Part shown: one piece after another, positions 8,391 through 17,748 of the stretch
Layout of the letters: the number at the start of each line of letters is the position of its first letter
How positions within the stretch are numbered: position 1 is the stretch's first letter
IMG/VR virus record: IMGVR_UViG_3300002144_000695
Source of the DNA: a virus
Direction: 5' to 3' (one strand)
DNA: 64,000 bases
The notes under the pieces: generated by a model
What the model was told of the DNA's origin: nothing
What the model saw: only the letters and a program-made list of their open reading frames with translations
Database searches by the model: none
Made by a program: the position numbers and the translations under genes

Positions 8391-8422
8391 AAATAAGTTA
8401 TATATTTACTAAAAAATAAGAA

Positions 8423-8632
8423 ATGAGTTATTACACAGCAAGAATCCAATTGACGGATGAAGTAGACACGCCGAAAGGGGTGAAAATTAAAAAGATTACG
8501 GAAACGTATCTAGTAGAAGCAATGTCTGTAACAGAAGCAGAAGCTAAAGTAGTACAAGACTTTACCGGGTATACGTTTGACTTTGAAGTTAAATCGGTAA
8601 CAGCTAGCAAAATCATCAAAATTTTAGAATAA
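8423..8632 (+). CDS. DUF4494-like protein
   Basis: KK.TE.YLV.A.S.TEAEAK pattern of the Bacteroidota DUF4494 family. Confidence 0.65.
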   Translation: MSYYTARIQLTDEVDTPKGVKIKKITETYLVEAMSVTEAEAKVVQDFTGYTFDFEVKSVTASKIIKILE

Positions 8633-8931
8633 TGGGATTCATAGCAGGAGATGAAGTAATTGTCACAACCGAAGACAACAATCAATTAGCCGTAGTATTA
8701 GCAAAGCGGGTTATCAACAAAATATCAGTATATGATATTCTATTAGAAAGTCGTTCCGCACTAGTAATGGTAGGAACAGCTTCTAGCGCTAGAACTTATA
8801 TCAATAAGGGATTAACATCTAAGTTATGTGATACTGAAGCAATTAAATCTACGATACCTTATAAAGAATTATTAGCAAATGAGCAACTGCCTTTTTTAGA
8901 TGCTTATTCAGCCGGCAAAGCTTCTTGGTAA
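8632..8931 (+). CDS. hypothetical protein
   Basis: Coupled ORF, 99 aa. Confidence 0.7.
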   Translation: MGFIAGDEVIVTTEDNNQLAVVLAKRVINKISVYDILLESRSALVMVGTASSARTYINKGLTSKLCDTEAIKSTIPYKELLANEQLPFLDAYSAGKASW

Positions 8932-9221
8932 TGGTTAAGATAGAATCTATACAAAAACAAGTTAAAAAACAATATCCAGGGGCGATGCTATCAGTGTCGC
9001 CTTTTGGTCGTTACTTTATTGAGTATAACAATTGTAACTTAAATGATATTTTTTTATTTGAAGATTGTGAAACGATAGAACAAGCGTGGAATAATGCACT
9101 TTTAACCGTGCGTACCGAACGTAACATGAACCGTACACATCCTTTAAAGAAAATGATATCAGAAGAAAGAAAACATCAAAATAAAGAACGTATTGCAAAT
9201 CGAATTCACAAAAACAGATGA
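8925..9221 (+). CDS. hypothetical protein
   Basis: Coupled ORF, 98 aa. Confidence 0.7.
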   Translation: MVMVKIESIQKQVKKQYPGAMLSVSPFGRYFIEYNNCNLNDIFLFEDCETIEQAWNNALLTVRTERNMNRTHPLKKMISEERKHQNKERIANRIHKNR

Positions 9222-9871
9222 AACAAGAAGAAGTACAAAACAAGATATCTAGCATACTAGAAGCTCCAGATGAAACTAAACAATATTGGGATATGATGGA
9301 TACAGCTGATCCTGAGTATATGGTATATAGTCCAAAACCAGTCGGGTATCATGATACTAATGAACAATTGTATTTATTTCAAAATTTATTAGTGGGATAT
9401 AATCCACAACAATCAATATTAGATATTGGGTGTGGTAGAGCTGATTTATATAATTTTATCGAAAATTTTTTTGAAGAAAAACCAGTTTATGCTGGAGTTG
9501 ATCATAATCCATTAATGGCACACTTAGCAGAACATAAATATGGAATCAATATTCAAGTAGGTGCATTCGAATCAGCTAAATTAACAACACATGATTGGGT
9601 GGTAGCTTCGGGCTTATTCACACAACGAAGATGTGATACAGAAGACAAAGATCTTCAAAAATTATTCAATGATATTGAATTATTATATGATATTGCAGGA
9701 TCTGTAGTAGCATTTAATTTATTATCTCCAATTAACAATCAACATCACGAAGGCTTCTTTTATGTACATCCGGGCCTGGTAATGGATATGTTAATTGAAA
9801 AATATCGTTATGTCACAGTACGACATAACTACACAAAAGACGTATATACAGTATTAATTTATAAATTTTAA
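9218..9871 (+). CDS. class I SAM-dependent methyltransferase
   Basis: SILDIGCGRADL motif I, YAGVD motif II, DWVVASG motif IV. Confidence 0.8.
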   Translation: MKQEEVQNKISSILEAPDETKQYWDMMDTADPEYMVYSPKPVGYHDTNEQLYLFQNLLVGYNPQQSILDIGCGRADLYNFIENFFEEKPVYAGVDHNPLMAHLAEHKYGINIQVGAFESAKLTTHDWVVASGLFTQRRCDTEDKDLQKLFNDIELLYDIAGSVVAFNLLSPINNQHHEGFFYVHPGLVMDMLIEKYRYVTVRHNYTKDVYTVLIYKF

Positions 9872-9877
9872 TAAAAC

Positions 9878-10270
9878 ATGACAACAAGTATTAATCACCC
9901 ATGGGCAATCAGCGATAAAATAAGAACTCGCCACGGAAATATATGGGCAGACATAGATTTTACATTTGAACCAAAAATATCTGCAGAATTATTCCATGAC
10001 GATCCAATGAATGTATCAATGGGTGAAATTCACATAGTAAATACAGTAATACCTATGCGATATAAAGATCTCATCACATACACAAAAACAATCGGTGTAA
10101 TGGTATCTAATCTATATGCAGAACGTCCTGCTAAAACAGATACATATGAGATATCAGTTAAAGGTAGATCATTTATGTTAAACATGTCAGAAATAATTAG
10201 ACTGTATGAAACTTTGAATGAGTCTGTGAATGTATCAGTTAAAGGATATGCGCTAGGTTTATATTTATAA
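9878..10270 (+). CDS. hypothetical protein
   Basis: 130-aa ORF. Confidence 0.7.
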   Translation: MTTSINHPWAISDKIRTRHGNIWADIDFTFEPKISAELFHDDPMNVSMGEIHIVNTVIPMRYKDLITYTKTIGVMVSNLYAERPAKTDTYEISVKGRSFMLNMSEIIRLYETLNESVNVSVKGYALGLYL

Positions 10271-10288
10271 TAAAATATAGGCCCGATC

Positions 10289-10468
10289 ATGAAAACGTAC
10301 GTATATTATTTTAAATCAAATTCTAATCAAGAAGTAATTGGCCGTGTTCCGGCAAATAATTTGCAAGAAGCTCATGATATGGTTGCATCAATTAAACGTT
10401 TAGAATTAGATGCAGTTGTTAATTTATTTGAAATAAAACAGGTGTGTAGCAATGGAGACTTTATTTAA
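10289..10468 (+). CDS. hypothetical protein (59 aa, not in track)
   Basis: MKTYVYYFKSNSNQEVIGRV...; fills the gap between flanking genes. Confidence 0.6.
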   Translation: MKTYVYYFKSNSNQEVIGRVPANNLQEAHDMVASIKRLELDAVVNLFEIKQVCSNGDFI

Positions 10469-10886
10469 TTTGATTCGAGTTAACTATGCGGAATATAGTT
10501 ACTTTAAAAAACTACCAAAAGCTGAAAAAGTTCAATTTCTATTTGAAATTTATGAATCAGCTGAGATTCGAAACTCAAATGGTATTGATTTGGGACGAGT
10601 ATTTGATATGATTAAAGATTCATTGAATGACTCAAAACAATATGATCAAACTAAAGAATTACCACAAGATGTTGATTATGTTGAAGTTATAGTAGATGAT
10701 GATAATATTATGGTTGAATCTAATAGCATCAAAGCAATTAGGCAAATTGTATATCGATTCTTCGAAGGCGGATATATTCTTCGACGAGATAAAAATATGG
10801 AGAAGATGTTTAAACGTGATAAAATTACCAAATACTTACGTATATTTAGGATAATAGATCAAGTATCATCAATATGCACTAATTAA
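10452..10886 (+). CDS. hypothetical protein
   Basis: 144-aa ORF. Confidence 0.7.
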   Translation: METLFNLIRVNYAEYSYFKKLPKAEKVQFLFEIYESAEIRNSNGIDLGRVFDMIKDSLNDSKQYDQTKELPQDVDYVEVIVDDDNIMVESNSIKAIRQIVYRFFEGGYILRRDKNMEKMFKRDKITKYLRIFRIIDQVSSICTN

Positions 10887-10892
10887 TATAAA

Positions 10893-11474
10893 ATGGCAAA
10901 AAAAATAATATCAGAAGCCATACAAAAAAAGTTTGATAAACCGCAGTTCCAAATAGGGGTAGCGGTTTTCTTTTCTTGGCTCGGACAAAAACAATACGGA
11001 CATGTTACAAATTTTAAGAAAACTAATTGGGGTATTTCATATACAGTCACTACGGCTGTGGGACGCAATTACCCGTGCGGTATATGTATTTCGAATGAAA
11101 CAACCCCATACAAAACCGGACTCATATTTTATGAAGGTACGAAAGCGTTTAAGCAAGAAGACCTTGAGCGACGAATTAACAGTGAGCGAACAAGACCAGG
11201 CACCTCCACACTTCGACCGCTTATCATTACCCCAGGAGATAAGCCCAAGCCTAAGCCAGATATCATCGAGTCAAATGGAGCAGATACTTCAAGTACTAGT
11301 GCAAAAAACACAACGGGCCGATCGAAGCGATCTAGCACACAATTGGCTGCTCGGACTAGCTCTAAGGGAAATGACATCAGCAATAGAGCAACAAGCAAAA
11401 AATCAAAACTAGAACAAGCATTTGAAAAACAACGATCGTTTTTAGATTTTACAAAACCTTTGCAAAAAGATTAA
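10893..11474 (+). CDS. hypothetical protein, beta-rich N-terminus and basic Ser/Thr/Lys-rich tail
   Basis: 193-aa ORF with clean start context. Confidence 0.7.
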   Translation: MAKKIISEAIQKKFDKPQFQIGVAVFFSWLGQKQYGHVTNFKKTNWGISYTVTTAVGRNYPCGICISNETTPYKTGLIFYEGTKAFKQEDLERRINSERTRPGTSTLRPLIITPGDKPKPKPDIIESNGADTSSTSAKNTTGRSKRSSTQLAARTSSKGNDISNRATSKKSKLEQAFEKQRSFLDFTKPLQKD

Positions 11475-11481
11475 CTTTTGG

Positions 11482-11512
11482 TTGGACTTTTGAATTATTC
11501 TTCTTATATTTA
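11482..11512 (+). promoter_or_regulatory. host-type promoter
   Basis: TTGGA-N18-TATATTTA. Confidence 0.65.
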
Positions 11513-11531
11513 AAGTATAAAAAGAGAAGAT

Positions 11532-12077
11532 ATGAAAAAGTTATTATTAGCAACAAGTTTATTCGTTAGTGGTTTAGTATTTAGTCAAACTAAAATATTA
11601 ACATCAACACAAATAAAACGAGCTGCGGATATCGTAGCATCTGATATTGATTTTAAGTCAATTGAATCAGAATTAATTGTTTTAATTAATAAATATAGAT
11701 TATCGTTGAATTTGGATACATTAGTATTTGATTCAAATGTTCAAAAAGCTGCAAAGTTTCAAGTTGATTATAATATTTCTATTAATACATTGACACATAG
11801 TAACTTAGGCTCTATGAATGGCGTATTAGATAGAGTTGAAAAATTTACTCTTACTAGATCGAGAACGGCAGGAGAAGTGTTGGCTAATATGTCACCATTA
11901 TTTTCATCAGTGTATGATCAAACGATTGCTGAATTTATTTTTGCAATGTGGAAAAAAAGCCCTGGGCATAATACAATTTTAATATATCCCGGAATGAAAT
12001 CGATCGGCGTGTCTGTCGGCCGGGAAAATATTAAATCAGGCGCAATTTATGCAGGTGCTGTTTTAAATAGTTTATAG
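11532..12077 (+). CDS. secreted CAP/SCP-domain protein
   Basis: Signal peptide MKKLLLATSLFVSGLVFS|Q; LINKYR, LTH, GEVLA and WKKSPGHN CAP motifs. Confidence 0.8.
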   Translation: MKKLLLATSLFVSGLVFSQTKILTSTQIKRAADIVASDIDFKSIESELIVLINKYRLSLNLDTLVFDSNVQKAAKFQVDYNISINTLTHSNLGSMNGVLDRVEKFTLTRSRTAGEVLANMSPLFSSVYDQTIAEFIFAMWKKSPGHNTILIYPGMKSIGVSVGRENIKSGAIYAGAVLNSL

Positions 12078-12078
12078 T

Positions 12079-12112
12079 AAAAATGGGTAACAACTTAATG
12101 CTACCCATTTTA
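12079..12112. terminator. bidirectional terminator
   Basis: AAAATGGGTA...TACCCATTTT between convergent genes. Confidence 0.75.
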
Positions 12113-12113
12113 A

Positions 12114-13364
12114 TTATATTATACTAAAATCTTCCCATTCCATACATTTCATTGCAGTTGGTCTAGCACTAATTCCTTTTTGTACTGATGGCATAACTTT
12201 CTTAAGATTTATCCACGGCTGCTTCACTGGAAATTTAATTGTTCCTGGTTTTTTATATGCGGTTATTAACATATTATATCCTTTAGATACTATTTCATCC
12301 GGAAGTTCCGGCAATGCGGTTGAATATGTTACATCAGCCGTACATGTTACAACTAAAAATTTAAACTGATCATATGCATCTTTGGAGGCTAAAGTCGCTC
12401 CGAATGAATCACGTTTCGATTCATCATTGTTAACTGCAATGCCATCTGTTGATAAATTATATCCTTTAGGTGGATTCGGACCACTAGTTCCATCTTTAGA
12501 TTGATTAAGTCCACCTTTTAGTGTAATTACATTTGCTGGTACAGTGATACCTAATGATGTTAATTGGCTAACAATTGCATCTCTAACAGCTGAGCCACGT
12601 TTTTGCGAAAGTTGAGCCCATGTATCTTTAGCTGCAACGCCGGTGTTTCTAAATCTAGATGCGCTAGCTGCAATTGTTAAGTCTGTAATAGTAATTTTAG
12701 CATCTGAACCTTGTACAACAGTTAGTGTTTGTTTTGCATCTGATATTAATTGATCAATTGCTTGTTGAATCACCGGTGTAATTGCACTTTGATTGTCAAT
12801 GAATACATCGTTCCCGGAAACATTGATACCTAATGTTATAGGAGGTAATGGATCTTCACCCTGCATCACAATTTTTTCTCTCGTAATTTTGCCTTTTCCT
12901 AATTTAACTAAATACTCATCATCTTGTTTACGTTTCTTTAATGCAGTGATATATGTATTAAATTGCGTAAGGAAAGCAATTCTAGATTCTTGTGTTAGTA
13001 ATCTAAACCATATATCAACATTTGTATCGGTTGTTCTAGACGCGCCACCTCGTTTAGCTAAAGATTGTATGAATTGATCATATCGTTCTTGTCCGAATTT
13101 ATTAACTAATTCTTTTCTCCAAACAGATGCTTGATCAGTTATTAAATCATCAGTTTCAACACGTGTTGTATTTGCTGACTTATTAATTTGTTTAACGGTT
13201 GCTGGGGTTATTTTTAATATAGCTGCTTCAGCATCAGTAATACCATATATTTGCTTTTCGCCACCCACTTGCTGAGTAACTTGTTCTTGCAATTTATCTT
13301 TTAATGCCTCAGATAAATTTTTAGTACCAAATCTAAGCATATTTTCTGCTAATATGTTTTTCAT
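12114..13364 (-). CDS. LAENMxRF-leader protein with OmpA-C-like domain
   Basis: MKNILAENMLRFGTKNLSE; ITI.ASAS....W..LSQKRG.AVRD pattern resembles the OmpA-like PG-binding fold. Confidence 0.6.
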   Translation of the reverse strand: MKNILAENMLRFGTKNLSEALKDKLQEQVTQQVGGEKQIYGITDAEAAILKITPATVKQINKSANTTRVETDDLITDQASVWRKELVNKFGQERYDQFIQSLAKRGGASRTTDTNVDIWFRLLTQESRIAFLTQFNTYITALKKRKQDDEYLVKLGKGKITREKIVMQGEDPLPPITLGINVSGNDVFIDNQSAITPVIQQAIDQLISDAKQTLTVVQGSDAKITITDLTIAASASRFRNTGVAAKDTWAQLSQKRGSAVRDAIVSQLTSLGITVPANVITLKGGLNQSKDGTSGPNPPKGYNLSTDGIAVNNDESKRDSFGATLASKDAYDQFKFLVVTCTADVTYSTALPELPDEIVSKGYNMLITAYKKPGTIKFPVKQPWINLKKVMPSVQKGISARPTAMKCMEWEDFSII

Positions 13365-13421
13365 TTGTATTCCTCTATAGTTTCTTTAATATAAATATCA
13401 GACTATATAAAAACCAATTGA

Positions 13422-13456
13422 TTTGGATATATGCAAAATATTTCTTATTATATTAA
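13422..13456 (+). promoter_or_regulatory. host-type promoter, divergent from the late promoter at 13391(-)
   Basis: TTTGGA-N18-TATTATATTAA. Confidence 0.55.
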
Positions 13457-13485
13457 TATAATTAAACAATTAAACAATTAAAGTT

Positions 13486-14031
13486 ATGAAAAAGTTATTA
13501 TTAGTATTAGCAGTTTTATCAGTCAATTGTGCCATTGCGCAAAATATTTTATCGTTTACCCGGTATGAAAATTATATTTTAGATAGACATGGCATTGATT
13601 ATTGCTCTCCACATACACGTAGAATGGTGGAAAGTGGTGATGTTTATAATTGTGAAAAACATATACAAGATGGTATGTTCGAGGCATATAATCTCTTTAC
13701 TAACTGGAATAAAGGGTATTTTAATTCGATACCGGATACTAATAAAGTGATATCAAATGGCGCTATATATATGGCAGGTAAAAAGTCCATTCCGTTTGTA
13801 AAAGCCGCGTTTAATGAAAGCAGAAAAATTTTAGGGATTTATAGTTTACAAGTTAATGATAAGCTATACGGTATTCGAACAATTGAAGTGCTCGAAGTAT
13901 GGAGTAATACTCCCCAATTGAATGTGATAGAAATCATTGTTATGATCGAAGATTTTGAAGACAATTGGGATATATTAATACCAGAAACATACAATTTTCC
14001 AGTTGATTGTAGCATATGTCCAGCCAATTAA
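13486..14031 (+). CDS. secreted hypothetical protein
   Basis: Signal peptide MKKLLLVLAVLSVNCAIA|Q with Gln at +1; several Cys. Confidence 0.75.
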   Translation: MKKLLLVLAVLSVNCAIAQNILSFTRYENYILDRHGIDYCSPHTRRMVESGDVYNCEKHIQDGMFEAYNLFTNWNKGYFNSIPDTNKVISNGAIYMAGKKSIPFVKAAFNESRKILGIYSLQVNDKLYGIRTIEVLEVWSNTPQLNVIEIIVMIEDFEDNWDILIPETYNFPVDCSICPAN

Positions 14032-14047
14032 ATTAAATATAATCAGT

Positions 14048-14084
14048 AAAAAAGGGGGAGCGATCAAGTTCCCCCTTTTTTTTT
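14048..14084. terminator. bidirectional terminator
   Basis: AAAAAA-GGGGGA...TCCCCC-TTTTTTTTT. Confidence 0.85.
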
Positions 14085-14094
14085 ATGCAAATTA

Positions 14095-14703
14095 TTATGC
14101 AAAAAAGTCTTTGGCATTGCCTGTTAAAGCTACACGTATTTTCTCATTTGTGAACTTTGCAATTCTGGCGTCGTAGTTTGGTTTATTTCTATCTGCGGCG
14201 TATATGGTTCTAAGAACTTTCAATGGAATTGCATTGAACATGGCACTAATAGTATTAGCAACAGTAACTTCAGTATCGTTTTCATCTTTCATTGACTGGC
14301 CAATTGTAGCAACAATTTTAAATGAACTAAATTTAGCTGGCGCGCTGCTCCAAACAAAATAGCCAAGAACACTTGGAATTGGTAATGATATCAATCCAAT
14401 CTTATTTGAGCCGAATTCAATTGGTTCAAAACCATAGAATGAACCGTTATATCCAGCTGATAGGCTAAAGTCTTTCGTGGATTCTGATACTAGATAATAA
14501 GATCCTAGTATACCAGTTACAGTAGGCTTGTTCATGTCATGACTCTGTTTAAAATTCACTGATAAGTTCGCTACCTGTGCTTTGGGCAATTTTGATAAAA
14601 TATCAATTTCAGCCTGTTCTGCCAATCTTTGTAATTTTTCTACTTCAGATTCGTTTAAATTTTTAATTCCAAATCTAAGCATATTTTCTGCTAATGTATT
14701 CAT
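14095..14703 (-). CDS. LAENMxRF-leader hypothetical protein
   Basis: MNTLAENMLRFGIKNLNESE; late motif and AAGGA upstream. Confidence 0.75.
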   Translation of the reverse strand: MNTLAENMLRFGIKNLNESEVEKLQRLAEQAEIDILSKLPKAQVANLSVNFKQSHDMNKPTVTGILGSYYLVSESTKDFSLSAGYNGSFYGFEPIEFGSNKIGLISLPIPSVLGYFVWSSAPAKFSSFKIVATIGQSMKDENDTEVTVANTISAMFNAIPLKVLRTIYAADRNKPNYDARIAKFTNEKIRVALTGNAKDFFA

Positions 14704-14749
14704 ATATTCCTTTAAGGTTTCTTTAATAATAAATATAACATCATTAAAA

Positions 14750-15481
14750 TTAACGATATAATGTCCATATAAACTTCTGCCAGTTATAAGTATTTTGTTC
14801 TCTTTTCGCGTTGTCGTTGATACTTAAGTTGGGTTTTGAACTATATCCTGTTTTTGCTAGCCATTCTTGTTTGGTTGGAAAGACTGCTTTAGTTTTAAAT
14901 GTTATTCCTAATTTTCCAGAATTAAATGCTGTTTCATACATTCCGTAAAGTTTATTAACATCTGCATTTAAGCCATATGTACTTCTAGCAGCTGCTTTAA
15001 ATTCGTTATCTAAAGGCAATAAATTTCCAATTGCTTTTGTCCATGTACTTTTTAACGGGGTCGTTGCGGCTCTTGTGCCTTTTGGCGATATGGATTTGAA
15101 TTTTTTCAACCAATCTTGTTTAGCAGATTCAGGAATAATACCATCTAAATCTTTTATTGCTTGTTCTGGGGTTATTTTACCTGATTTAACTTGCTTAAAG
15201 ACTTCTTTCGAAAGTTGTTTGCCTAAGTCGACTATGGCTGCTCCTCGATTGGCATATAAAGCACGAGCTTCATCATCAGTTACTCCAGCTTGTTTTAATT
15301 TCTTTGGATTTCTTAGTATACTAAAAAACGCCTTAGTATTTTTATAGCTACTACCAAAATACTTAATGACTTTTCTAGTTACTTCCCATGCAACACCGCC
15401 AGCAATTAGTTTTCCAACGGTAAATAATGTTAGATATGTTGATATATCTAGCTCATTTAATGATTGTTTTGAATTCTTCAT
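14750..15481 (-). CDS. hypothetical protein, leader ending LNE followed by a hydrophobic segment
   Basis: MKNSKQSLNE|LDISTYLTLFTVGKLIAGGVAW. Confidence 0.75.
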   Translation of the reverse strand: MKNSKQSLNELDISTYLTLFTVGKLIAGGVAWEVTRKVIKYFGSSYKNTKAFFSILRNPKKLKQAGVTDDEARALYANRGAAIVDLGKQLSKEVFKQVKSGKITPEQAIKDLDGIIPESAKQDWLKKFKSISPKGTRAATTPLKSTWTKAIGNLLPLDNEFKAAARSTYGLNADVNKLYGMYETAFNSGKLGITFKTKAVFPTKQEWLAKTGYSSKPNLSINDNAKREQNTYNWQKFIWTLYR

Positions 15482-15491
15482 TTTTTATTTT

Positions 15492-16613
15492 CTATTTTCT
15501 ATTTTTTATTTCTTGATCATACATTTGTTCTAGATTAGCAAATAATTGTTGTTGTATTTGTTCCGGAGTTGCCATTGTTGCTAAATCATATGCATAATCA
15601 TACGCTACGACTCCAGCTACACTAAATGATGCAGATTTTGCAAATGCAAATAACTTTTGTTTTGTTGATTGTTTAATATTTGATGCAATAATTTGTTTTG
15701 CATTTTTAACAATTCCATTTTTTAAGTAAATTGCAATTTGTTGTTTGATAGCTTTATCATTTTTAGCCATTGCTTCTAGAACTTCTAATTCAATTTTTGA
15801 AAATGCTATACCCGTAGACTTTGCACTCGCACCAACGACTTTTCGGCCTAATATTGTCATGCCTTTTTTGCCCAATTGTTTTATTCCTGGGATTTGAGAT
15901 ATTCCTGGTAATATTGAAAATATTGCCTCAAGTCCTGCAGATTTTTGATCTCCCTCATCATAATACATTTTTGCATTAACTAACCCGATGCCGGCACTAG
16001 CAGCCCATCCTATTACGGGAATAAATGCTGTTACAATTTGCGAAGTAATTAGTATAGTATGCCCATTTTCTTTCCACCATGATTCCCAACGATCTGATGC
16101 GCTTAAATTTGACCACCAATTCCATGCAGATCTATATGGCCCTGCCATCAACTTTAGAATGGCTTTTTCTTCACCTCCCGTGGCTGTTCCTAGTTTCCAT
16201 TTTTCATATACTGAATAATTTCCTGATGCTATTAATTTAAAATCTGCCCAAGGCACTATTTTTTTAATAGTCCATTGCCATTGATCTTTTTTAATAAATG
16301 TCAACAATTGACTAGCAATTATTATTCTAGGATTAATATCTAAAAAGCTACGTAAATATTCGCCAATTCCTCGACCTGAAGTTAGTTTTTGTAATTCTTT
16401 ATTAACTTGATTGTATTGACTGATATTTTTAATAGCTTTGATCGCCGGCAGAACTTTTTCTTCATCATCTGAAAGTATGCCTTTTGCATCATATATTTGT
16501 TTAGCAATACGTTTTGCATTGAATGATCCGGTGATTGCATTTGGGTCCGATGCGCCTTGTTTAAATACCGGAATTGGTTTTTGCTCAACTAATAATGTTT
16601 TTAAATGTATCAT
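15492..16613 (-). CDS. leader-bearing protein with annexin-like repeat and predicted membrane hairpin
   Basis: MIHLKTLLVE|Q; AKQIYDAKGILSDDEE..L.AI; hydrophobic VTAFIPVIGWAASAGIGLV and AIFSILPGI segments. Confidence 0.6.
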   Translation of the reverse strand: MIHLKTLLVEQKPIPVFKQGASDPNAITGSFNAKRIAKQIYDAKGILSDDEEKVLPAIKAIKNISQYNQVNKELQKLTSGRGIGEYLRSFLDINPRIIIASQLLTFIKKDQWQWTIKKIVPWADFKLIASGNYSVYEKWKLGTATGGEEKAILKLMAGPYRSAWNWWSNLSASDRWESWWKENGHTILITSQIVTAFIPVIGWAASAGIGLVNAKMYYDEGDQKSAGLEAIFSILPGISQIPGIKQLGKKGMTILGRKVVGASAKSTGIAFSKIELEVLEAMAKNDKAIKQQIAIYLKNGIVKNAKQIIASNIKQSTKQKLFAFAKSASFSVAGVVAYDYAYDLATMATPEQIQQQLFANLEQMYDQEIKNRK

Positions 16614-16649
16614 ATTAATAAATATTACTTTAATAAAAAATAGCTATAC

Positions 16650-16680
16650 TTTGAATTACGCAATAAATTTCATATAATAT
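16650..16680 (+). promoter_or_regulatory. host-type promoter
   Basis: TTTGAA-N17-TATAATAT. Confidence 0.55.
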
Positions 16681-16694
16681 AAAAAAACCCACAT

Positions 16695-17723
16695 ATGATA
16701 AGATTTGGTTATGCATGCATCAACACAGAGTTAGGCGCAAAAAATATTCGCACGGGACGATCGTTGATTGATAGAAAATTTCAACAAGGAGGCTTAGCAT
16801 TAGCAGGTGAAATTGCCTTAGCAAACGCAATTGATCTAATAAAAATATTTGAATGGAATGAAGCTAATGGCATCACGCTATTTAGACTTGGATCAGAATT
16901 GTTTCCACGATGGAATCATTATTGTTTAGAAGACCTTCCGCAAATTGATGAAATTGCAAAACATCTTCGTGCTGCAGGCGATTATGCTAAGGCGCACGGA
17001 CATCGCATCACAACACATCCTGGTCCATTTCATATCTTGGGTAGTCCTGAAGCGCGAGTTGTTGATAACAGTTTGGTTAGTTTAGAACGACATGCTGAAT
17101 TGTATGATTTGATGGGTTTTGCTCCTAGCTTCGAAAATAAAATTAATATTCATATCGGCTCAACTTATGGCGATAAGGATGCGACTATTGCTAGATGGTT
17201 AACTAATTGGGATAGACTATCAGACTCAGTTAAAGCTCGTCTCGTAATAGAAAATGATGATAAAGCATCTATGTATTCAGTTCGAGACTTATATGAGCGT
17301 GTACATTCTCAAATTGATATTCCAATTACGTTTGATTATTGGCACCATACTTTTAATACCGGCGATTTATCTGAGGAAGAAGCATTCTTCATGGCTCGTA
17401 GCACGTGGAAGAAGCATGGTGTGACTCAATGTACCCATTACTCAGAATCACGTCGTAGAGAGTATCAAACCATGGTAGAACAAATGTTTGAGCATCATGG
17501 TATCTCTATGGAGGATCTAGAAAATTATCCTACCTTTCACAAACAATACAAAGAATTTACCAAGATCAAAGAACAAGCTCATGCTGATTATATTTTAAAC
17601 TTGCCGAATACATATGGCGTTCATGATTTAGATATTGTGGTTGAAGCAAAGGCTAAAGAACAAGCATTAATGCGTGTAGGAGTTGAATGCACTCAAAATA
17701 GAGCATTGATTTTAGAATCTTAA
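16695..17723 (+). CDS. uvsE: UV damage endonuclease (UvsE/UvdE)
   Basis: RFGYACIN, FRLGSELFP, THPGPF, INIHIG, LVIENDDK, FDYWHH and AHADY motifs. Confidence 0.92.
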   Translation: MIRFGYACINTELGAKNIRTGRSLIDRKFQQGGLALAGEIALANAIDLIKIFEWNEANGITLFRLGSELFPRWNHYCLEDLPQIDEIAKHLRAAGDYAKAHGHRITTHPGPFHILGSPEARVVDNSLVSLERHAELYDLMGFAPSFENKINIHIGSTYGDKDATIARWLTNWDRLSDSVKARLVIENDDKASMYSVRDLYERVHSQIDIPITFDYWHHTFNTGDLSEEEAFFMARSTWKKHGVTQCTHYSESRRREYQTMVEQMFEHHGISMEDLENYPTFHKQYKEFTKIKEQAHADYILNLPNTYGVHDLDIVVEAKAKEQALMRVGVECTQNRALILES

Positions 17724-17748
17724 TATTTATATAAAAGGAAATAAAGTT

